A stretch of 64,000 nt of DNA, from positions 6,627-70,626 of the forward strand of contig CAYUKU010000005.1 in assembly GCA_964445435.1 (NCBI GenBank). Direction: 5' to 3'. A model generated the notes under the pieces. It ran no database searches and was not told the origin of the DNA. It worked only from the letters and a program-made list of their open reading frames with translations. This document shows positions 16,562-25,984 of this stretch, piece by piece; positions within the stretch are counted from its first letter, which is position 1; each line of letters starts with the position of its first letter. The position numbers were made by a program, and so were the translations under genes. The stretch is from an uncultured Gammaproteobacteria bacterium (lineage in GTDB: Bacteria > Patescibacteriota > Microgenomatia > UBA10105 > UBA927).

Positions 16562-17251
16562 ATGGCACGAGGAAAACTTATCGTTCTTGAGGGCACAGAC
16601 GGATCAGGCAAGGGAACGCAGTTCAAACTTCTTGTGGATTACTTATCCACACGCAATATTCCCTACGAAACTATGGACTTCCCGCGGTACGGCAAATCGT
16701 TTTTCGGAGACCTTGCGGGCCGCATGCTCGCAGGAGACTTCGGCGGGGCGCAAACCATTGCGCCTGAGCTGGGGGTACTGCCGTTTGCCTGCGACCGGTG
16801 GCTTCTGAAGGATGATCTTGTGAAATGGCTTTCTGACGGCAAGATCGTGGTGAGTAATCGATACACCGCATCAAGTGCCGTGTATCACGCAGCCAAGCTT
16901 GAAAAAGAGAAGCAATACGCGTTTATCGATTGGGTGTATAAACTGGAACAGGAAATCATCGGCCTGCCCCAAGAAGACGTTGCGATCTATTTTCACGTTC
17001 CTGTTTCGGTATCCCAACAGCTTATCGAGAAAAAGGCAGCCCGCACCTATCTGGGCGACAAAAAGAAAGATATCTACGAAGAAGACACCCGTGTCCAGGA
17101 AAACGTTGAGCACTTGTACCTTGACCTGGCCGTCAACAGAAACAGCTGGAAAACCATCGAGTGCGTGCGGGATACCGTCATGCGCACGCCCGAAGAGATA
17201 CACAATGATGTACTTGACGTTCTTCAGGTAAACGGAGTATTTTCTTCTTAG
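16562..17251 (+). CDS. tmk: thymidylate kinase
   Basis: LIVLEGTDGSGKGTQ P-loop and DRY-like motif. Confidence 0.9.
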   Translation: MARGKLIVLEGTDGSGKGTQFKLLVDYLSTRNIPYETMDFPRYGKSFFGDLAGRMLAGDFGGAQTIAPELGVLPFACDRWLLKDDLVKWLSDGKIVVSNRYTASSAVYHAAKLEKEKQYAFIDWVYKLEQEIIGLPQEDVAIYFHVPVSVSQQLIEKKAARTYLGDKKKDIYEEDTRVQENVEHLYLDLAVNRNSWKTIECVRDTVMRTPEEIHNDVLDVLQVNGVFSS

Positions 17252-17256
17252 GACGT

Positions 17257-17291
17257 CATTCCCGCGAAAGCGGGAATCTGCCTTTTCTCCT
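17257..17291 (+). terminator. intrinsic terminator after tmk
   Basis: ATTCCCGC-gaaa-GCGGGAAT hairpin followed by CTGCCTTTTCTCC. Confidence 0.6.
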
Positions 17292-17308
17292 GCCAGAGCG
17301 TCACAACC

Positions 17309-17890
17309 ATGCCAAAGAATGCTCGCCGTTCGAAAAAGGGTCGTTTAACCGTTGTTGCCGGTCCCATGTTCTCCGGGAAAACGAGTAAGCTCGTTGCGAT
17401 GGTCGAAGTATTTACCCGTATGGGACATACGGTTCTCACCGTAAAGCCGAAATTGGACAACCGCTACGGCGGGAAAGACGAAATCCACTCCCACGATCAC
17501 AAGAAAACGCCGGCAATCGTGGTGGACGGCGAAGCCCCCGAGGTGATTATCGAGAAAATTCTGGAAACCGGCGCGGACAAAGTTATCTTCGATGAAGTGC
17601 AGTTTTTCGAGAAAGAAAAGGTCATGTACGTTATAGATGTCCTTCGCAAGCGCGGAATTCATGTGATTGCCGCGGGACTCCTCTATGATTACCAGCGCAA
17701 ACCGTTTGGTTGTACGCCAGATCTCCTGGGACTTGCGGATGAACGGCTCGAGTTGTTTGCTATTTGCCAGCACTGCGGTTCGCTCGCGCGGCATACGCAG
17801 AGAAACAAGGGTGGGAAAGGACAAATCGTCGTGGGTGCAGCTGACATGTACACCGCCAGTTGCGAAAAATGCCACAAGATATATAAATAA
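17309..17890 (+). CDS. tdk: thymidine kinase
   Basis: GPMFSGKT P-loop and a C-terminal Zn ribbon CQHCGS...CEKC. Confidence 0.9.
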   Translation: MPKNARRSKKGRLTVVAGPMFSGKTSKLVAMVEVFTRMGHTVLTVKPKLDNRYGGKDEIHSHDHKKTPAIVVDGEAPEVIIEKILETGADKVIFDEVQFFEKEKVMYVIDVLRKRGIHVIAAGLLYDYQRKPFGCTPDLLGLADERLELFAICQHCGSLARHTQRNKGGKGQIVVGAADMYTASCEKCHKIYK

Positions 17891-17907
17891 AATACAAAGG
17901 AGGTCCT

Positions 17908-18069
17908 ATGGGAAAAATTGAAGCAGGTCCGGGTCAAACGATAGTAGAAGGGTCAAGTGGCGCATCATATGTTAATGTGAAAGTAGAAGACGAAAATCTT
18001 GGAGAGGCAGACCATCTTGTTGGCGAAGCAGAAGAAGCAGAAGTAGTAGAAGCTGAGCCCCAGCAATAA
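17908..18069 (+). CDS. small acidic 53-aa protein
   Basis: Perfect RBS AAGGAGG 7 nt before the ATG. Translation is MGKIEAGPGQTIVEGSSGASYVNVKVEDENLGEADHLVGEAEEAEVVEAEPQQ. Sits tightly between tdk and the phosphorylase gene. Not in the ORF track because it is under 60 aa. Confidence 0.4.
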   Translation: MGKIEAGPGQTIVEGSSGASYVNVKVEDENLGEADHLVGEAEEAEVVEAEPQQ

Positions 18070-18070
18070 C

Positions 18071-18901
18071 ATGAAACCAAAAATCTCAGCAACCGCACCG
18101 ACGACTGCGGGGAAGCAGTATCACATTGAGTGTAAAGAAGGCGATACGGCAAGGTACGTCATTCTCCCAGGCGATCCCGGGCGGGTTGCCAAGATCGCTT
18201 CAGTGTGGGACGAGAAGCACGAAGTCGCCCATCACCGCGAATATCACACGATGACGGGGAAGGTCGACGGTACGCCCATTTCCTGTACCTCGACTGGCAT
18301 TGGATCTCCATCCCTTATGATCGGCGTTGATGAGCTTGCCAGAATCGGCAGCGACACATTTATTCGATTGGGTACGACAGGCGGACTTCATGAGAATATG
18401 AATCTTGGTGACGTGGTCATCTCAACGGGCGCGGTTCGTTTTGACGGCGCGTCGAAAGACCTGGTTGTACCCGAATATCCGGCGGTTGCCAATTATGAAA
18501 TCGTCATGGCGCTTATCCAGGCGGCGGAAGAACTAAAGGTTCCGTATCACGTCGGTGTCACCGCATCGACGGATTCGTTCTATACCGGGCAGGGGAGACC
18601 GGCGCTTCGCGGTTACCTGCCGAGTTTCAAAGAAAATATTTTGAGGGACATGCAGGCTGCCGGAGTCAAGAATTTCGAGATGGAGGTCGCGCCGCTTCTC
18701 ACGTTTGCAAGCATTTTCGGCAAACGGGCAGGGGCCATCTGTTTCGTGATCGCCAACCGCGTGACGGATGAGTTTGAAATCCGGGACGAGTGGGCAGTGA
18801 GAACCGCAAAGGTTGCATCTCGCGCGATCGTGATTCTCGCAGGATGGGATAAGAAAAAGGAAAAATCAGGGAAGAGATTTCTGTACCCCGACCTACTCTA
18901 G
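18071..18901 (+). CDS. nucleoside phosphorylase (PNP/UDP family, uridine-phosphorylase-like)
   Basis: ARYVILPGDPGRV and GTTGG resemble the PNP_UDP_1 motifs. Confidence 0.8.
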   Translation: MKPKISATAPTTAGKQYHIECKEGDTARYVILPGDPGRVAKIASVWDEKHEVAHHREYHTMTGKVDGTPISCTSTGIGSPSLMIGVDELARIGSDTFIRLGTTGGLHENMNLGDVVISTGAVRFDGASKDLVVPEYPAVANYEIVMALIQAAEELKVPYHVGVTASTDSFYTGQGRPALRGYLPSFKENILRDMQAAGVKNFEMEVAPLLTFASIFGKRAGAICFVIANRVTDEFEIRDEWAVRTAKVASRAIVILAGWDKKKEKSGKRFLYPDLL

Positions 18902-19030
18902 AATTCTTGAAAAATTCCTGGAAACGCGCCGCCCCTGCTTTTTGTATCATATGACATGTTCGCATGGTAGCATGGTAACATGCTAATATCCGGCGCGGGA
19001 TCACGTGCCACGTGGTAGAATAACTCCAGT

Positions 19031-19618
19031 ATGAAAACAGTGGTGTATCTGGTGCGTCACGGCGATGTTCATAATCCCGAGGGGATTTTCTATGAGCGCA
19101 TTCCGGGATTTCGGTTAAGTGAACTGGGACGTTCGCAGGCGAAACTTCTGGGTGATTTTCTCTCGGGGAAAAGCATATCCGCCATCTATGCCTCGCCTCT
19201 CGAGCGGGCACAGGAAACAGCTTCTTTTATCGTATCCCACCACCCCAAACTTTCCATTATTTCCGATGATAGACTCATTGAGGTTGCCTCCGCCAAGCGC
19301 GGCCAGAAGCAGGCAGATCTTGCCCGTGAACGATGGAATTTTTACAAGCCCGAATATACGAGACTGGGTGGCGAGAAGTTAAGCGATATATGGGCGCGGA
19401 TGCACGACTTTTTCCGCGAGACGATAAAACGGCATCAGGGCGAGAGTATCGTGGCGGTATCACACGGCGATCCGATCATGATTTCGGCAGTCAAGCACAA
19501 GGGCAGGCGTCTGTCGCTGTCTGCCATCAGGGACGAGAAGTATGTCGATACCGCTCGGGGATTTGAACTGGTATTTGAGGGATTTAGTGCGCTAGAAGTG
19601 AATAATCTCGAATTTTAG
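19031..19618 (+). CDS. histidine phosphatase family protein (phosphoglycerate-mutase-like)
   Basis: LVRHGD (RHG motif) and SHGD. Confidence 0.8.
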   Translation: MKTVVYLVRHGDVHNPEGIFYERIPGFRLSELGRSQAKLLGDFLSGKSISAIYASPLERAQETASFIVSHHPKLSIISDDRLIEVASAKRGQKQADLARERWNFYKPEYTRLGGEKLSDIWARMHDFFRETIKRHQGESIVAVSHGDPIMISAVKHKGRRLSLSAIRDEKYVDTARGFELVFEGFSALEVNNLEF

Positions 19619-19656
19619 GATTTGACAAGCATATTCCCGTTTGGCTAAAATAGTGT

Positions 19657-20643
19657 ATGGGGACACAGGCACCGAGCTATCTCACTGACCTGGTTGACCT
19701 TCACCTTCATTTGGGTTCTTCTTCCACGCCGCATTTTCTCTGGGAACTGGCTCACGAGCAGGGCATCAGATTGGCAGAGAAAGATTACTGGTCCTTCATT
19801 AATTCCATTACCATCAAAGACCAGACCACATACGATCACTATTTGTCATTTTTTGATCTCACTGAACTTATCCAGTCGTCCACATACGCCATCGAGAAGG
19901 CGACCCATAACGCAGTATCCCGCGCGTACAGGAAGGGTAACATTCAGACGCTTGAGATTCGTTTCAATCCTATGCTGCGAAATCGCGGCGGTGAACAGGA
20001 TCTGGACAAAATCATCTTCGGCGCCGTGGTCGGGATGAAGAAAGCCTGCATGGAATACCCGGTTCGCGCAGGTCTTATCCTTATGATGGACCGCAGATTT
20101 CCCAAAGAGCAGAATGAGATTATCGCCCAAAAAGCAGCGCGGTTTGCCTCAGAGGGAGTTGTGGGCCTGGATATCGCAGGACCCATAAACAAAAACTTCC
20201 ACGTGGAGGATATTGCAGGTGCCGTCGCCAAAGCCCGTGAATCCGGGGTGAAAATTACTATTCACACCGGCGAAGTGACGCCCGCATCCGAAGTATGGGA
20301 TGTGGTGAAGCTCCTTTCTCCTGACCGGATTGGTCATGGCATCCGTTCTATCGATGATCCGTCGCTTCTGGAATACCTGCGGCAGCACCACATTGCTCTT
20401 GAGGTGTGTCCGACTTCCAACCTCCAGACCAGCGCGGTGAAAACATGGGAGGAAATGAAAACCGTGATCGGGACATTGAAGAAAAGCGGTGTTCTCTTTA
20501 CTATAAATTCGGACGGTCCTGAATTGTTGGGGACGAATGTGAAAGAGGAGTTTGAGCGGCTTGTTGCGAAAGGAATTTTGACGCCCGAGGATGTCAGTGT
20601 CATCACAAAAACGGCAAAGGAGGTAGCATTTGTTCGTGCATAG
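19657..20643 (+). CDS. add: adenosine/adenine deaminase
   Basis: HLHLGSS metal-binding start, HTGE, and SDGP (SDDP-like). Confidence 0.8.
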   Translation: MGTQAPSYLTDLVDLHLHLGSSSTPHFLWELAHEQGIRLAEKDYWSFINSITIKDQTTYDHYLSFFDLTELIQSSTYAIEKATHNAVSRAYRKGNIQTLEIRFNPMLRNRGGEQDLDKIIFGAVVGMKKACMEYPVRAGLILMMDRRFPKEQNEIIAQKAARFASEGVVGLDIAGPINKNFHVEDIAGAVAKARESGVKITIHTGEVTPASEVWDVVKLLSPDRIGHGIRSIDDPSLLEYLRQHHIALEVCPTSNLQTSAVKTWEEMKTVIGTLKKSGVLFTINSDGPELLGTNVKEEFERLVAKGILTPEDVSVITKTAKEVAFVRA

Positions 20644-20775
20644 TGTGCGGACGGATGGCTCGCCGGAAGGGGTCCCAACGGCGCGCAGCCTTCCTCTTTG
20701 GAATACGTACGTGTAAGAGTGAGAACGCAATGCGAGCACCGTTGGGAGGGAGAGGCGAGACAGGACCCGTGGATT

Positions 20776-21861
20776 ATGGATAAAAAAATTATCATGGACG
20801 GCATTACCTTTGACGACGTGCTTCTCTTACCGGGATACACGGATTTCAAACGTGCTCAGGTTGACCTCGCAACCCGACTTCACCCCTCGATGACGCTTGC
20901 GCTTCCTGTGATTTCCTCACCCATGGACACCGTGACAGAAGAGTCGATGGCTACAGCGCTTGCTCTCGCCGGCGGCCTGGGAATCATCCACCGGAATCTT
21001 AGTGTTCCCGATCAGGCTGAGAAGGTCTCAATCGTCAAGAAAAAGAATCTTCCGGTAGGTGCAGCAGTCGGTGGAGGATCTGATTTCCAGGAGCGCGTGG
21101 ATGCGCTCGTGAAGGCCGGAGCCGACCTTCTGGTTGTTGATTCAGGCCACGGGAATACGTCGTTTGTGGCTGATGGAGTGGGCACGATCAAGAAGCATTA
21201 CCCGGGTGCGGTTGTGATGGCCGGAAATGTTGCGACATTTGATGGAGCAAAGAGGCTTATTGCAGCAGGCGCCGATATCCTGAGAGTCGGTATGGGTCCG
21301 GGGAGTATTTGCACGACCCGCATCATCACCGGCATGGGCGTTCCGCAGTTGACCGCAGTGGCAGAAGCGGTAAAAGCGGTCAAAGGAACGAATGTTACCG
21401 TCATTGCCGACGGCGGCATCAAACAGATAGGAGACATGGCCAAGGCAATCGGCATGGGCGCCCACGCAGTGATGCTCGGATCGCTTCTGGCGGGATTCGA
21501 CGAATCTCCAGGTGAGCGGGTGTTTGTTGACGGCAAGTCCTACAAGCAGTATCGCGGGATGGGTTCAGTCGGCGCGATGAAGAAAGGAAGCGCGGAGCGC
21601 TATGGCCAGACGAAAGACATCCAGGCGCGTAAAATGATCGCAGAAGGGGTAGAGGGTCTCGTGAAGTACAAAGGAGCGGTGACTGAATATCTTGACCAGG
21701 TGACGGGGAGCCTCAAGTCAGCTTTTTATTACATTGGCGCCAAGACCTTGGAAGAGTTTCACCAGAAAGCGCGGTTTGTCCGGATTACATCAGCAAGCAT
21801 GGTAGAGAGCCACCCTCATAGTATCCACATCTCAAACGCCGGCTCCAACTACAAGATATAA
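20776..21861 (+). CDS. IMP dehydrogenase / GMP reductase family protein lacking the CBS subdomain
   Basis: TIM-barrel IMPDH motifs GPGSICTTR (catalytic Cys loop), IADGGI and GMGS. Start trimmed to MDKKIIMDG. Confidence 0.8.
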   Translation: MDKKIIMDGITFDDVLLLPGYTDFKRAQVDLATRLHPSMTLALPVISSPMDTVTEESMATALALAGGLGIIHRNLSVPDQAEKVSIVKKKNLPVGAAVGGGSDFQERVDALVKAGADLLVVDSGHGNTSFVADGVGTIKKHYPGAVVMAGNVATFDGAKRLIAAGADILRVGMGPGSICTTRIITGMGVPQLTAVAEAVKAVKGTNVTVIADGGIKQIGDMAKAIGMGAHAVMLGSLLAGFDESPGERVFVDGKSYKQYRGMGSVGAMKKGSAERYGQTKDIQARKMIAEGVEGLVKYKGAVTEYLDQVTGSLKSAFYYIGAKTLEEFHQKARFVRITSASMVESHPHSIHISNAGSNYKI

Positions 21862-21868
21862 TCAATCC

Positions 21869-23191
21869 ATGAAACTTTCTGACCAAGACCCTAGCATTGC
21901 CCAACTCATCGAGAAAGAATCCGTCCGTCAAAGGGACGGTTTGGAGATGATTCCTTCAGAAAACTACGTCTCGCCGGCAGTCCGAGAGGCGATGGGATCC
22001 ATTCTTACGAACAAATATTCAGAAGGATATCCCCATAAGCGGTATTACGGGGGCAACGAATTTATCGACGAGGTGGAAAGTTTGGCGATAGAGCGCGCGA
22101 AGAAGCTTTTCGGCGTTGCCCACGTCAACGTCCAGCCATATTCAGGGTCGCCCGCCAATCTCGCGGTCTACATGGCCACGTGTCAACCTGGCGATACGAT
22201 CATGGGTCTGAATCTTCCTGACGGAGGACACCTGACCCATGGATGGAAAGTTTCGGCGGCGGGAATTTTCTATAAAAGCGTCCCGTATCATGTGAAAGAA
22301 GACGGTCGTGTAGACTTCGACGAAGTCTGGCGCTTGGTGAAAGAACACAAGCCCCGTCTTATCTGGACCGGAGCAACCGCATATTGTTATCAATATGAGT
22401 TTGAGAAGTTTGTGGAAATCGCCGACAGTGTTGGGGCGTATCTGGCTGCCGACATCGCCCATGTAGTGGGCCTGGTGATTGCAGGCGTTCACAAAAGTCC
22501 GTTTAACTACGCTCACATCGTCACCACAACGACGCACAAGACGCTTCGCGGGCCGCGTGGGGGGATGATTATGGTCACTGACCGAGGGCGTACAAAAGAT
22601 CCACAACTTGCAGAGAAAGTAGATAAAGCGGTATTTCCCGGGCTTCAGGGAGGACCACACGATCATACGACGGCAGCAATCGCCGTTGCCCTGAAAGAAG
22701 CCTCCACGAAAGAATTTGCGGCGTACGGCGCACAAGTGGTCGCAAACGCGAAAGCACTCGCAGAGGTTCTTAAAAAGGAAGGGGTGAAACTCGTGGGCAA
22801 CGGAACGGAAAATCATCTTCTTCTCGTTGACTTGGTTCCCCAGCTTGGACCAGGAGGAGGCATATTTGCCCAAGAGGCGCTGGGAGCGGCGGGAATCACG
22901 GTAAACAAAAACACGATTCCGAAGGATCCATCAAGCCCGTTTTATCCTTCAGGAGTTCGCCTGGGGACACCTGCCATAACGACAAGGGGGATGAAGGAAG
23001 AAGAAATGAAAGCAATCGGGAAATGGATTGCCCGTGCGATAAAGGAAGCATCGTCGTATCGATTGCCCGATGGGAAAGACGAACGGATCCAGTATGTTGC
23101 GAAAGCGAAAAAAGAACTATCGGTAAACAAGAAGCTCGCTTCGATTGCGAATGACGTTGCGGTTTTGTGCCGCCAATTCCCCGTACCGTAG
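21869..23191 (+). CDS. glyA: serine hydroxymethyltransferase
   Basis: Full-length SHMT pattern, including the TTTHKTLRGPRGG PLP-lysine motif. Confidence 0.95.
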   Translation: MKLSDQDPSIAQLIEKESVRQRDGLEMIPSENYVSPAVREAMGSILTNKYSEGYPHKRYYGGNEFIDEVESLAIERAKKLFGVAHVNVQPYSGSPANLAVYMATCQPGDTIMGLNLPDGGHLTHGWKVSAAGIFYKSVPYHVKEDGRVDFDEVWRLVKEHKPRLIWTGATAYCYQYEFEKFVEIADSVGAYLAADIAHVVGLVIAGVHKSPFNYAHIVTTTTHKTLRGPRGGMIMVTDRGRTKDPQLAEKVDKAVFPGLQGGPHDHTTAAIAVALKEASTKEFAAYGAQVVANAKALAEVLKKEGVKLVGNGTENHLLLVDLVPQLGPGGGIFAQEALGAAGITVNKNTIPKDPSSPFYPSGVRLGTPAITTRGMKEEEMKAIGKWIARAIKEASSYRLPDGKDERIQYVAKAKKELSVNKKLASIANDVAVLCRQFPVP

Positions 23192-23228
23192 TTGAAAAAG
23201 ACCTATAGTTATTATATACTTCACTGCT

Positions 23229-23756
23229 ATGACTGCTGCTACAGAGCGCCAGGTTCAGGCGTTTCAAAAAGAGTTTGGGTACCGCGCGGATGCCGATTTC
23301 GCCTGTTTCCATAATGCGTTGGGTGCGCTTATGTTCGTTCACGAACAAACGGGAGAAATCCCGCGAATTTATAAAGTTCCCTTCCCGGGCGATCATCACG
23401 CCTACGTTGTGCATCGTGGTGCCGTATACAACGAGGGCGTCACGTGGCCGGATCGGAAATATCGGGATTTTTCTCTGGACGAACTGGAACGGGTTGGGGA
23501 GGATGTGACACGCGAGACGCTAGAAGCCGCGTTTGCGGCATACGAAGGCGGCCCAGACGACGGTGGCTTTCTGGTCGCGGGACGTCTCATCGCAGAGGGT
23601 CTTCGCACGTATGAATCAGCACGACGACAGCTTGCGGGTGCAGGGCAAGAAGTAACACGGTTTGAATATTATGGATACCTTCTTACGCTTGCGACATTGA
23701 AGGAGCGGGGATGGTCCAAGGAGGAGATACGTGAGTACTTTTTGGGGTCGGATTAG
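23229..23756 (+). CDS. hypothetical protein
   Basis: 175-aa ORF preceded by TTGAAA-17-TATACT. No recognisable motif. Confidence 0.45.
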   Translation: MTAATERQVQAFQKEFGYRADADFACFHNALGALMFVHEQTGEIPRIYKVPFPGDHHAYVVHRGAVYNEGVTWPDRKYRDFSLDELERVGEDVTRETLEAAFAAYEGGPDDGGFLVAGRLIAEGLRTYESARRQLAGAGQEVTRFEYYGYLLTLATLKERGWSKEEIREYFLGSD

Positions 23757-23925
23757 ATTGCCAAAGATCAGCACACGCAGCGCTTGTGCTGGGTGACTGA
23801 ATAGGATATAATTGCTCTATTACTCACACTCAGAGAGTATCTCTCCCGCAAGGGCACTGAGTGGAGGATGGAAGAGATACGCAGCTTATAGAACGCCGCG
23901 TATTGCGGCTTTTTTAACGCATATG

Positions 23926-24699
23926 CAGGATATTACACTTCAAGCATTACTCGAAGCAGGGTGCCATTTCGGGCACAAGGCGGAGCGGTGGCATCCGAAG
24001 GCTTCCTCGTTTATCTATACTGAAAAGGACGGCATCCATATCATCGATCTTGTCAAAACGAAATCAGGTCTTGAAGCCGCAGCCCAATTCGTGAGAGACA
24101 CGGTGGCAAAGGGCGGTGAAGTCGTTTTCGTTGGTACCAAGCGTCAGGCAAGCGGCATCGTCAAATCCGAGGCTGAAGCAGTGGGAGCTCCGTATTTTTC
24201 CGAGCGATGGATCGGTGGATTTCTCACGAACTGGGATCAGATAAAGAAGAATATCGAAAAGATTAACCGGATGGAAGAAGAGCAAAAGAGCGGCGCCTGG
24301 AAGAAATTCCCCAAGCACGAGCAGGTGAAGATGGCGCGCTATCTGGGGAGAATAAAAGTCTACTACGGCGGCGTCTTGAAACTTACCCGCGTTCCGGAAG
24401 CGCTTTTCGTTATCGACGTGAAGAAAGAAGTCGCGGCAGTGCGGGAAGCGGCTCGTCGGGGTATGCCGTTAGTTGGCGTTGTCGATACCAATTCCGATCC
24501 GACCGGAATTCAATATGTCATTCCCGCCAACGATGACGCGGTGGGATCGGTATCCTACATCGTACACGTTATGGCTGCAGCGTATCAGGAAGGCAAAGAC
24601 GCGCGGGCAAAGGAAGAAGAAGTGAAAGCAAAAGAAGAAGCCAAGAAACAGGAAGCCAAAGCTCAAGAAGTGAAAGTCGAACCGAAAGAAGTCAAGTAA
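23926..24699 (+). CDS. rpsB: 30S ribosomal protein S2 with Lys/Glu-rich C-terminal tail
   Basis: MQDITLQALLEAGCHFGH is the S2 N-terminus. The ORF-track start at 23812 is too far upstream. Confidence 0.9.
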   Translation, partial: QDITLQALLEAGCHFGHKAERWHPKASSFIYTEKDGIHIIDLVKTKSGLEAAAQFVRDTVAKGGEVVFVGTKRQASGIVKSEAEAVGAPYFSERWIGGFLTNWDQIKKNIEKINRMEEEQKSGAWKKFPKHEQVKMARYLGRIKVYYGGVLKLTRVPEALFVIDVKKEVAAVREAARRGMPLVGVVDTNSDPTGIQYVIPANDDAVGSVSYIVHVMAAAYQEGKDARAKEEEVKAKEEAKKQEAKAQEVKVEPKEVK

Positions 24700-24702
24700 C
24701 GT

Positions 24703-25158
24703 ATGGACATTTCCCTCGATTTACTCAAGAAATTGCGTGCCGAGACCTCCGCCGGAGTTTCTGATTGCCGTCAGGCTCTGGAAGATGCCGCTGGAGACTA
24801 CGAGAAAGCCAAGAAGCTGGTCATGGAGCGAAGCACGGCGAAGGCGGAGAAAAAAGCTGACCGCCAGACAGGGTCGGGACTCGTCGAGTCCTACGTTCAC
24901 GGCGGCCGTGTGGGTGTCGTTGTGGAACTTCGGTGCGAGACGGATTTCGTTGCCCGCACGGACGAGTTTAAACATCTTGCCCATGAAGTCGCGCTTCAGG
25001 TTGCCGCAATGAATCCGAAGGACGCCAAGGAACTCCTGGAAAGCGCCTATATCCGTGACCCCAAACTCACGATCGGAGCGCTCGTTAAGCAGACGATCGG
25101 CAAATTAGGAGAGAACATCACCCTCGGCCGTTTTTCCCGCCTGGCTCTAGGCGAATAA
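24703..25158 (+). CDS. tsf: elongation factor Ts (short form)
   Basis: UBA-like N-terminus LLKKLRAETSAGVSDCRQAL and an EF-Ts core. Confidence 0.85.
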   Translation: MDISLDLLKKLRAETSAGVSDCRQALEDAAGDYEKAKKLVMERSTAKAEKKADRQTGSGLVESYVHGGRVGVVVELRCETDFVARTDEFKHLAHEVALQVAAMNPKDAKELLESAYIRDPKLTIGALVKQTIGKLGENITLGRFSRLALGE

Positions 25159-25170
25159 CCTCGTTGCGTA

Positions 25171-25334
25171 AGCAGCGCAGCAAACAATTTTCAAAGACAA
25201 CTGAGCGTTTGCGCTCGCAAAGTGAGGATTTCTTGAGTATGCAAACGCTCATTTAGCGAGCAATGGGTACGATTTCACGGTCAAAAATGTCATACGGTGA
25301 GCGGGTCTTTGGAAAATTTGTTTGCAAAGCTGCT
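25171..25334. repeat. Family B element, copy B2 (164 bp)
   Basis: Terminal inverted repeats AGCAGCGCAGCAAACAATTTT / AAAATTTGTTTGCAAAGCTGCT and inner stem GAGCGTTTGC / GCAAACGCTC. Lies between tsf and the frr promoter. Confidence 0.8.
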
Positions 25335-25339
25335 TTTGC

Positions 25340-25368
25340 TTGACCAATTCTGATTCATAGCGTAATAT
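25340..25368 (+). promoter_or_regulatory. frr promoter TTGACC-17-TAATAT; predicted start site about 4 nt before the ATG at 25379
   Basis: Hexamers with an exact 17-nt spacer. The first in-frame ATG at 25367 lies inside the -10 box. Confidence 0.5.
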
Positions 25369-25378
25369 GTTCCCACTG

Positions 25379-25942
25379 ATGGTAGACTCGATTCTCCAAA
25401 CCGCGCGTGACCACATGAAGAAAGCCCTCGAGGTCACAAGCGCAGACGTAGCATCTATCCGGTCCGGGCGCGCGACGCCCGCTCTCGTCGAAAATATTGT
25501 TATCACCGCCTATGGCGGGTCACAGAAGCTGCGTGTCCTCGAGATGGCTACGATCACGACAATGGACGCCAAGACGATTGTGATTGCTCCGTATGATCCG
25601 TCCACGCTCGCGGATATAGAGAAGGGCATTACCGCGGCCAATACGGGTCTCACGCCTGTGGTGGACGGCGAGATAATCAGGATTTCTATTCCGCCCTTGT
25701 CTCAAGAGCGCCGAATGGAATACATCAAACTCGCTAAAGCGAAACTCGAGTCCGGTCGCGTTATGGTCCGGCAGATTCGTCACGAAGCCATGAAAGATCT
25801 CAAAACCGAGGCGGATGAGAAAACGATATCAGGAGACCAGAAGAAAATCGGTGAGAAGATGGTACAGGAATTAACGGATGAAATGATTGCAGAAATAGAC
25901 GCCATCGGCGCGAAAAAAGAAGCAGAACTCCTCCAGATCTAG
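25379..25942 (+). CDS. frr: ribosome recycling factor
   Basis: MVDSILQTARDHMKKALE aligns with the Frr N-terminus. Confidence 0.9.
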   Translation: MVDSILQTARDHMKKALEVTSADVASIRSGRATPALVENIVITAYGGSQKLRVLEMATITTMDAKTIVIAPYDPSTLADIEKGITAANTGLTPVVDGEIIRISIPPLSQERRMEYIKLAKAKLESGRVMVRQIRHEAMKDLKTEADEKTISGDQKKIGEKMVQELTDEMIAEIDAIGAKKEAELLQI

Positions 25943-25984
25943 AATTTCCTCTTGCATCATGCTCTGAATCATTGATACAGTGAA

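Noticed and set aside
22142-22873. 243-aa antisense ORF inside glyA
   Set aside because: Antisense to a complete SHMT gene.
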